From Naegleria gruberi (taxonomy: Eukaryota), in NCBI GenBank assembly GCA_000004985.1, contig GG738861.1: DNA of 64,000 nt. One strand, given 5' to 3'. Shown piece after piece: positions 56,970-64,000 of the stretch. The notes beneath the pieces are model-generated. The model did no database searches and was not told the origin of the DNA. It worked only from the letters and a program-made list of their open reading frames with translations. Numbering within the stretch: the stretch's first letter is position 1; each line of letters begins with the position of its first letter. A program made the position numbers and the translations under genes.

Positions 56970-58640
56970 TTAGAAACCATCTCTCATTACATAATACTTT
57001 GAAGATGAAGAGTCCATCATGGCAATTGAAGGATTATTAATATGAGCTGCCTGTCTCTTCATTCTCCACTTTGAAACAAGTACAAAAACAATGGTAATGA
57101 CAGCTGCCAACAATAAACCACCAAACACAACTCCAATTGACACATAAAGCCATGTGAAATCTCTTTTTTCAGAGATTATATTTCCATCATTACTACTTGG
57201 ACTTCCAATAGTTGGATTACTGTAAGAGGGAGAAATAGGCATCATGAAAGCTGACACGTCAATATAATTAATGGCATTCTGATTTGCAAATAATTGAAAG
57301 TATGCTGTACGAGCCAATGTTTCATTATTGGAAATTGTAATACTTTTCATAGTTTTTGAAATTTCTACAACATTCTCATAATTTTGACTATTTGGAGTTT
57401 CAGATTTGAATGATTGATAGATTGTAAAGGTGGATGCATCCTTTCCAAATATTCTTGGAATTTTCAAAATAACTTGTTGACCAGCAGGTAAGGAAATTTG
57501 ATATAAATGTGAAATTCCATTAGAAATTGGTTCCAAATAGAGTTTTGAATTGTTTCTCAATGTAACTCCATGGGCAGTGTCCTCTCTCTCGTGATGTGGA
57601 GGTGGTGGAGTATTGTCAATGACACCACAAATTGTGACAAGTCTGCCAGAAATCACACTACTTGTCAGTTCACAAGTTTGTTCATTACAAACTAATTTTT
57701 GATCAGGTATCCAATAATCATTGACCCAAGTTGCAATACTCAAGGTATCTTCTTTGATATTAAATGACTTTCCATTTGTGGCATTGTAAAATGTGAAATT
57801 TGAATTGAAAGAAAAGACAACATTAAAAAAGCTTGGATCTGATGTGTTGGTTTTTGTTGAAAATAAATAGAGTGGTACATAATCATCATAATCCAACTTA
57901 ATTTTTGAATATTCCCCTTGCCTATTTTGTAAATTAACCGAATATGGAAAGTTAAAAATATCTTTAAATTCCATTTTTAGATTTTCATCCATTGGCGAAT
58001 ATTGTTGACGAAAATTCAAACTTCTCTTAAACTCAATCGTGTAAGGAACATCAAAATCAGCTCTAACATTCTCAAATGTCTTTCCCACCAATCCAAACAT
58101 GAGTGTCTTATTATTTCCAATATAATCTCTTTCCAAATTTAGAACAGTAAATGTAAATTCATTTCCTTTTTGAGAAAGAGCTTTAACTGGCACCACCGTT
58201 TGACTATCCTTAAATACGACACATCTATAACTTTTTGGATCCGTGTCCATCACATCCGTTCCTACAATTGCCATTGTAATATCAAGTGTTGGAATAGTTG
58301 CCATTTCTGGTATAAAACTTTTCGATAAATCCAATTGAAAAACATTGTAAATATTCATGGTATCATATGGTAGAAAGGGTAAATTTGAAACAACTCGTGG
58401 GAAGGAATTTGACACCAACTCGAGATTGTTAATTTTTGCCATTCCGCTCATGTTTGTAAATTTCACAATCATACTCGAGTCAACGCCAATTCCTGTTAAT
58501 GTAAATGAAGTAAATGATGTTTTTCTGATGGTAAAATATTCATCGAATGAGAAACCACAAACGGCGGACGCGAGAAGTGTCAAAATGAGAAGGTGTTTGA
58601 GTAGTGACATTTTTTTAAATAACATTAAAAGGGGTTTCAT
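56970..58640 (-). CDS. Type I membrane glycoprotein, hypothetical (signal peptide, ~490-aa ectodomain, one TM, short tail)
   Basis: The first real ATG is at 58640 (MKPLLMLFKKMSLLKHLLILTLLASAVCG). The ORF-track start at 58682 is a TTG. The TM segment is WLYVSIGVVFGGLLLAAVITIVFVLV, followed by SKWRMKRQ. Confidence 0.55.
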   Translation of the reverse strand: MKPLLMLFKKMSLLKHLLILTLLASAVCGFSFDEYFTIRKTSFTSFTLTGIGVDSSMIVKFTNMSGMAKINNLELVSNSFPRVVSNLPFLPYDTMNIYNVFQLDLSKSFIPEMATIPTLDITMAIVGTDVMDTDPKSYRCVVFKDSQTVVPVKALSQKGNEFTFTVLNLERDYIGNNKTLMFGLVGKTFENVRADFDVPYTIEFKRSLNFRQQYSPMDENLKMEFKDIFNFPYSVNLQNRQGEYSKIKLDYDDYVPLYLFSTKTNTSDPSFFNVVFSFNSNFTFYNATNGKSFNIKEDTLSIATWVNDYWIPDQKLVCNEQTCELTSSVISGRLVTICGVIDNTPPPPHHEREDTAHGVTLRNNSKLYLEPISNGISHLYQISLPAGQQVILKIPRIFGKDASTFTIYQSFKSETPNSQNYENVVEISKTMKSITISNNETLARTAYFQLFANQNAINYIDVSAFMMPISPSYSNPTIGSPSSNDGNIISEKRDFTWLYVSIGVVFGGLLLAAVITIVFVLVSKWRMKRQAAHINNPSIAMMDSSSSKYYVMRDGF

Positions 58641-58697
58641 AAAATCTTTGTAAAGCCAATAAGAAGGTTTAATTGGCAACAAGATCGATAATTGGAA

Positions 58698-61491
58698 ATG
58701 TTACACGGAGTTTCGGCTAGAATAGTTTCGGTGAAACACGCAAAAAAAATGAAAAGAAACAGTTCACCCACATGGCTCACAGCAGCATGCTTGTTGATTT
58801 TCTCATTGTTTGGCAGCTTCTGTTTAGTTTCTGCCACAGCAGTGAACGAAGGAATCTTTAAAAGCGAAACTAATATTCAGTTTCTTTCAGAATATTTTCA
58901 TGTGGAAACTAAACTTGCAGCAACAGGTAGAAGAAATGGCATGTATAATTTATTTACACAAAATGAGAAGAGAAGAGATATGAATAGGTTTCTTCATGAA
59001 TCTAATCCATTTCTTTTGAATGAACCTTTACTTTCGTCTACTTTAAATCATCAACGAAATATTCAACAAGAAGACGAAACTCAATTTTTCAGTGTCTTGT
59101 TGAAAGTGAAAGATATCCAAAAGTTTAAAAAGGAAAACACTAACTTGAATATCCAACCAATGGCCAAAAATGTAATTTCCACAAGAATGGACATGGATTC
59201 AATTCAATCCTTATTAGGAAAAGATTACATTGAATGGATTGGACAAATTGACCCAATTTTCAAGTTTGATATTCAAGATTTCATGGAAAATAAGCAAGAA
59301 ACAGTTGAATTGTTAATTCAGTTTGCAAGTGGCATTTCTAATGAAATGAAACGAATGATGGAAATATTCGAAACTCAATTTGGCGTTTCACTTTTAAGAA
59401 TTGAAAAGCAAAATCTCATGTTATTGACAGTGCCTAGAAGATATGCCCTCGGAGTTTCGTATGAAATTTCCAAAGATTCTTCAGTAATTTGGATCGAACC
59501 AAAACAAGAAATTTCACTCACCAACAAATTTTCCAAAAGTATCATTGATGATGGAAGTGAGAGAATTCAAGAACGTGTGAATTTTGGTGGATTGACAGGT
59601 GAAGGTGAAACAGTAACAGTGGTCGATGGATCTTTTGATGTCACTTCATGTTTCTTTGCTGATCCAAATGTTCCTGTCACTCAATTTAAAACCTACAAGG
59701 AAGGAATGAAGTTGACTTCACAACAAGTCAATTCACACAGAAAAATCAAAGCTTACTATGCATTTGTAGATAATAGAACAAGAGATAGTGATCATGGTTC
59801 ACATGTGGCTGGAAGTGTTGCAGGAAATTCCATTTATAGTAATAGTATTGGTGATACGTTAGTTTCTGATTATAATGGAATAGCTCCAGATTCAAAAATG
59901 GTATTTATTCAACTTGGATGTACATCACCAGTATGTATTTCAGAAAATGGTGAGAAATTTACTTCAAGTCCTGGTTCACTTTTTCCACCTTCTGATCCAT
60001 ATAATTTCTTTTCCTTCTCCAAGGAGATTGCCAATAGTAGAGTGCAAACGAATAGTTGGGGAGGAGGTAGTTCCTATAATTATTATGCCTCCTCTACGGA
60101 TGAGTACATTTTTAATAATAAGGATATGGTTACCTTGTTTGCAGCTGGTAATTCTGGAAGAAGTGGTTTTAAAACTATTGGAGGTCAAGCGCACGCCAAG
60201 AATGTTATCACTGTTGGAGCTAGTCATAATTCCTTTGGAGCACGTACAGTTCAGTATGCCAACTTGACATCCTCAACAAATTCAGTTGTGAGAGAGTATA
60301 TTGTGGCAGTTTTACAATGTTCTCCATATTCTACCAAGTACATTAATCAATGTACATATTTCAATGATTTGAACAATATTGTGGATGCATGTGATGAGAG
60401 TGGATATTGTGCTAAAGGAACTATGTCCGTTTCGACTGGATCTTGTGGATGTGCCATTGGAGGAGTTGGACAATTGTATTGTGGAAGATGTGTCTATCCG
60501 AGTCTTGCTGTTAAGGATATTCAACCTGATTCAGTGACCTCTTTCAGTAGTAGAGGACCAACTATGGATGGAAGAATTAAGCCAGATATTATGGCTCCAG
60601 GTGATCAAATTATTAGTGTGAGATCTTATCCGACTCTGGATGATGTTGGAACTCAATGTTCTCAAAGAAAAAACCTAATTGACCATGTTACTGCTAAACG
60701 GGGAACAAGCATGGCAACACCAACTTTAGGTAAGTTTAATTCACCATTCATATTTACATTATTCTATGATTTGTAAAGCTGGCTTGACTGCGATCGTTAG
60801 ACAATATTTCAGAGATGGATACTATGTGGATGGTGTGAAGAATGCAAAGATTGCATTTAATCCATCAGCATCACTTGTAAAAGCTACAATGATTAATTCT
60901 GCTGTTGATTTGGCATCTCTTTCTGAGGATACTCAATTTTTGGAAAAGCTAGCACCAAGAAATTGGAATTCCACTCGTTATCAAGGATTTGGTAAAGTTC
61001 AAATTGATAATGTGTTCCAATTTGGTAAAAGTGAAAGAAAATTGTGGATTGGAAGAACTGAAAACATTCAAAACATTGCACAATTATCAAATGTTGAGAC
61101 TGAATTTGGTGATCCAGTTCTTTCAAGTGTCGAGGATGAACATGTTTATTACATTGCTCCTACTAATGCTAATTTGCCAATGAAGAATGTTAAAATTACA
61201 CTAGTCTGGTCAGATTACCCTTCAAATCCTCTTAGTCGTCTCAATATTGTCAATAATCTTGACTTGGAGGTGAATGTTTTTAGAGATGTGATTTTTGGAA
61301 ATTCTCAATTGTATGGTCTTTCACAAGATAACATGGCCAGGGATACTTTGAATAATGTTGAACAAGTTTGGCTCGATAGTACTGATCACGGAGTGGTAAT
61401 TAGAGTTTATGCAGAGTATTTGTTTGTTCCACAAAGTTATTCACTCGTAGTTTCTGGAGATAATGTTTCCATGCACTTACTGAAAGAGTAA
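58698..61491 (+). CDS. Subtilisin-like serine protease (peptidase S8) with a signal peptide; 2 exons
   Basis: The catalytic triad motifs are VTVVDGSFD (Asp), DSDHGSHVAGSVAG (His), NVITVGASHN (Asn) and GTSMATPTL|AGLTAIVRQYF (Ser). The Ser motif is split by the intron 60731..60778 (GTAAGT...AAAG). The ORF-track starts at 58692 and 60766 are artefacts. Confidence 0.7.
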
Positions 61492-61540
61492 CTTGTAATT
61501 ATATCAATACACCATTTTGAACATTTAATCTAGATGAGTC

Positions 61541-63049
61541 TTATATAATTCTCTTTTTATTGAGCAATACATCTTCAGATGATTCAGTTCTTCCTCTCTT
61601 CAGGCTGCTGTTGCTGCAATGAGATTGGAGGAAGGTATCAAAACTGCTAATGGAAGGCAAAATTTGTTGTGAGGAGGAATGATATTGTACAGGGGAGGTT
61701 GTTGGCTTTTCATCAAAGAAGGTTGAAATATTTGGAAGAGATTGATGAGCTGATTGTGATCCAACATGGTGGCAGCAATTGGATGCTGAATGTTTTTGCT
61801 GAGAATAAGCCAAACCAGAAGAACCTGTAGGTTGTTGAGCTGGATAATATTGAACTTCACACTTTGCTTGATAGGAATAAGTATTTGCCAAATGATTCTG
61901 TTGAACTGTTTGATTGTAAGCTTGGAAAGCTCCCTTTGGTTGTGACTTATTCTTTGGACTTCCCATTAGAGTGGAATTTTGTTGCACATTGAATGAAATA
62001 TTGCTTGCTGTGGATGGGCTTGATAGGCTACATATGGAGCCATTATTCGGAGACAAGCATGCTGGATTCTTCTCGACGTTTCCTGTAATCTTGACAATTT
62101 TGTTTGGTTTCTTGTTTGGCTTATTGGTAGCCAATGGTGATGATTGCTGCTGCTGACCAACACAATTCGAATTATCCACAATGACCATTGAATTGCTGTG
62201 TGGCTGTGGTGTTGATCTGAACTTTTTCCTTTGTTGTGGTGGATAGCAGGTTAGTGGTGGACAACCCGTCTCAATAACAGAACACAACTGTTCAAAGTGA
62301 GAAGTAACTGTATTGAATTGGGTAACCTTCTTGGCATTGGTTTTTGGCCACCTGGACACACCCAATACATTCAAACGTTCCTTCAAATCCCTCCATGAAA
62401 CCTTCAGAGCAGTACAAGCATCTTGTCTCGTCAAGTGGTAATGTCTAGATATTTCCTCGAGTGTGAGTGAGGCAGCAATGTTTCTATAGCTCTCAGATGG
62501 ACATGGTCTCTTATACTTTTCCTTTGTGAGGCCATTGATATTGGTTGGACTTGGAGAGGAATCATCTGAGGAGGAGTTTGTGCAATACACTGTTTGATTG
62601 TAAGAATTAATTGTATTGTTATTGTTATTATTTTGAGTAGTATTAGTATTAATATTGGAAGTTGTTCTTGATGGAGAGGAGGTTGATTGTGAGTGATTAT
62701 TGTTATTATTATTATTATTATTGTTAACCATCTTTGTATGAATGACCATAGGACGAGCCTTAGTCGATGATGAATTAAAGTAATTATTATGAAGTGTATG
62801 AAAGGAAGCTTGAACTGAAGGTGTATTATTATTCACAACAACAGAATTAGTAGAAGGAGCCAACACTCCTTCAGCAGATTCAGAGCAGCACTGATTAGAA
62901 GAATTTACAGGACATGTAGAGTCATGGGAGGATGGTTGCTTAGTAGTATTGGTCTGTATTGGAATGACGGTATATTCTGGTCGATGAGAATGGTATTGCT
63001 GATTATAATTGTGGGCGAAGTGCAGCTGTTGTTGTGGATTGTTATTCAT
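61541..63049 (-). CDS. RWP-RK domain protein (putative transcription factor) with poly-N/Q low-complexity regions
   Basis: The sequence LTLEEISRHYHLTRQDACTALKVSWRDLKERLNVLGVSRWPKTNAKK matches the RWP-RK consensus L..yF.l....AA..LgVs.T.LKk.CR.lGI.RWP.RK. It also has a poly-N run (NNNNNNNNNNH). Confidence 0.55.
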   Translation of the reverse strand: MNNNPQQQLHFAHNYNQQYHSHRPEYTVIPIQTNTTKQPSSHDSTCPVNSSNQCCSESAEGVLAPSTNSVVVNNNTPSVQASFHTLHNNYFNSSSTKARPMVIHTKMVNNNNNNNNNNHSQSTSSPSRTTSNINTNTTQNNNNNNTINSYNQTVYCTNSSSDDSSPSPTNINGLTKEKYKRPCPSESYRNIAASLTLEEISRHYHLTRQDACTALKVSWRDLKERLNVLGVSRWPKTNAKKVTQFNTVTSHFEQLCSVIETGCPPLTCYPPQQRKKFRSTPQPHSNSMVIVDNSNCVGQQQQSSPLATNKPNKKPNKIVKITGNVEKNPACLSPNNGSICSLSSPSTASNISFNVQQNSTLMGSPKNKSQPKGAFQAYNQTVQQNHLANTYSYQAKCEVQYYPAQQPTGSSGLAYSQQKHSASNCCHHVGSQSAHQSLPNISTFFDEKPTTSPVQYHSSSQQILPSISSFDTFLQSHCSNSSLKRGRTESSEDVLLNKKRII

Positions 63050-64000
63050 CTTGTATTGATGATGAGTATTATTAGGTTTATAATAATTATTGATTGGATG
63101 ATTGGATGGATGGTATTACTTATTAATTGAATAGGATCTTCTTAATAGTAGTTATATTCAAGCTGCTTATTGATCAGAGAATATCGAAATAATTAAGGTA
63201 GAGTTATCAATACAGAGAAGGTTCTATATATAATGTATCTTCTTCTTCTTGTTGTGTTGTGGTTGTTTTTTGTTGTGCGTGAGAGTACTTTACTTTATAG
63301 AGTGATGGGTAAACACAACAAAAGCAAAAACAAGCAGCCTTATTCAGATAAACAAGCAATGGTCTCTGCACTTAATAAATATCATCACCGCACCCGCCCT
63401 TTTTTGGGAACACACACACCACAAATACAAACACCCAAGGGAAAGCAAACATTTGCACAAGAAAGCAAAAGGAAAACAGTTTGAAAAACAAGGCAGCAGA
63501 AATAAGGGTAAAATAAAGTGGTTGGTTTTTGTTGATAAATATTACATGGATCGGATGATTAACAAATTTGAGAATGCAAACACATTTTGAGGAATATGTT
63601 ATTGAATACAAGATTCGATCAAGTCACCACTTGTATTGCCTTGATTTGATTTGGTTTTTTATTAAGGAATAATAATCAAATTTGTTGAAGAGAAGAATCG
63701 ATTCTTGAATAATCAAATAATGTTGGTTAGAATGCTCTTCTAGTAATGAGATTTGAAAGATTTCACATTAAAGAACTGACAGAATAAAGACAAGTATGTA
63801 TCGAATCATCCTCAAAAGCGTCTTTCCCACCATTAATAGTAAACAACCAACATTTACAATTGATAAACTTATTCGCCTTTAATGCTTTCTGAATATGGAA
63901 CACGTACAAGCTTTACATTAATACCCAAAATACGATTCACAAATATGAGAAAGTAATCCATTTTTGAACAATAGATACCTTAATATATAATTTGAATAAC

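Noticed and set aside
63233-63611. ORFs 63233..63484 and 63372..63611 in the 3' region beyond the RWP-RK gene
   Set aside because: They are low-complexity and overlap on opposite strands. This is probably intergenic or UTR sequence.
1-64000. Prokaryotic feature classes (CRISPR arrays, operons, rho-independent terminators, rRNA genes)
   Set aside because: The sequence is eukaryotic (spliceosomal introns, telomere, actin). No direct-repeat/spacer arrays or rRNA-like segments are present.

Overview
This window is the left end of a chromosome from an AT-rich eukaryote with dictyostelid (social-amoeba)-like gene features: short GTAAGT...TAG introns, poly-N/Q tracts, A/T-ending codons and a near-canonical actin. 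It opens with about 555 bp of (CCCAAA)n telomere. A roughly 31-kb subtelomeric cluster of giant, paralogous cysteine-repeat (EGF-like) surface-glycoprotein genes on alternating strands follows. One copy is truncated directly by the telomere, and one carries an N-terminal NHL beta-propeller. Several have near-identical internal tandem or segmental duplications, assembly gaps and 1-nt homopolymer frameshifts. Downstream, two near-identical actin genes form a divergent inverted repeat with 1.57-kb arms. Its 5.9-kb spacer holds a metacaspase-like C14 peptidase, an F-box-like ORF joined in frame to a Ras-like GTPase domain that lacks an ATG, and a tRNA-Asp. Further on are a three-exon beta-CASP/MBL hydrolase with a C-terminal membrane anchor, a short TM9SF-like protein, a TrkA_C-containing permease, a divergent actin-related protein, an ankyrin protein, a type I membrane protein, a subtilisin-like protease and an RWP-RK factor. 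The most unusual observation is that tRNA-Asp(GUC) and tRNA-Gly(GCC) are each interrupted at the same T-loop position, by 66-bp and 1334-bp insertions that share terminal sequences. At least five more copies of the same 'GGAAAT + T-loop/T-stem/acceptor' junction lie nearby, which suggests a T-loop-targeting insertion-element family. The ORF track prints alternative start codons (TTG/GTG) as M, so several listed starts are not real ATGs.
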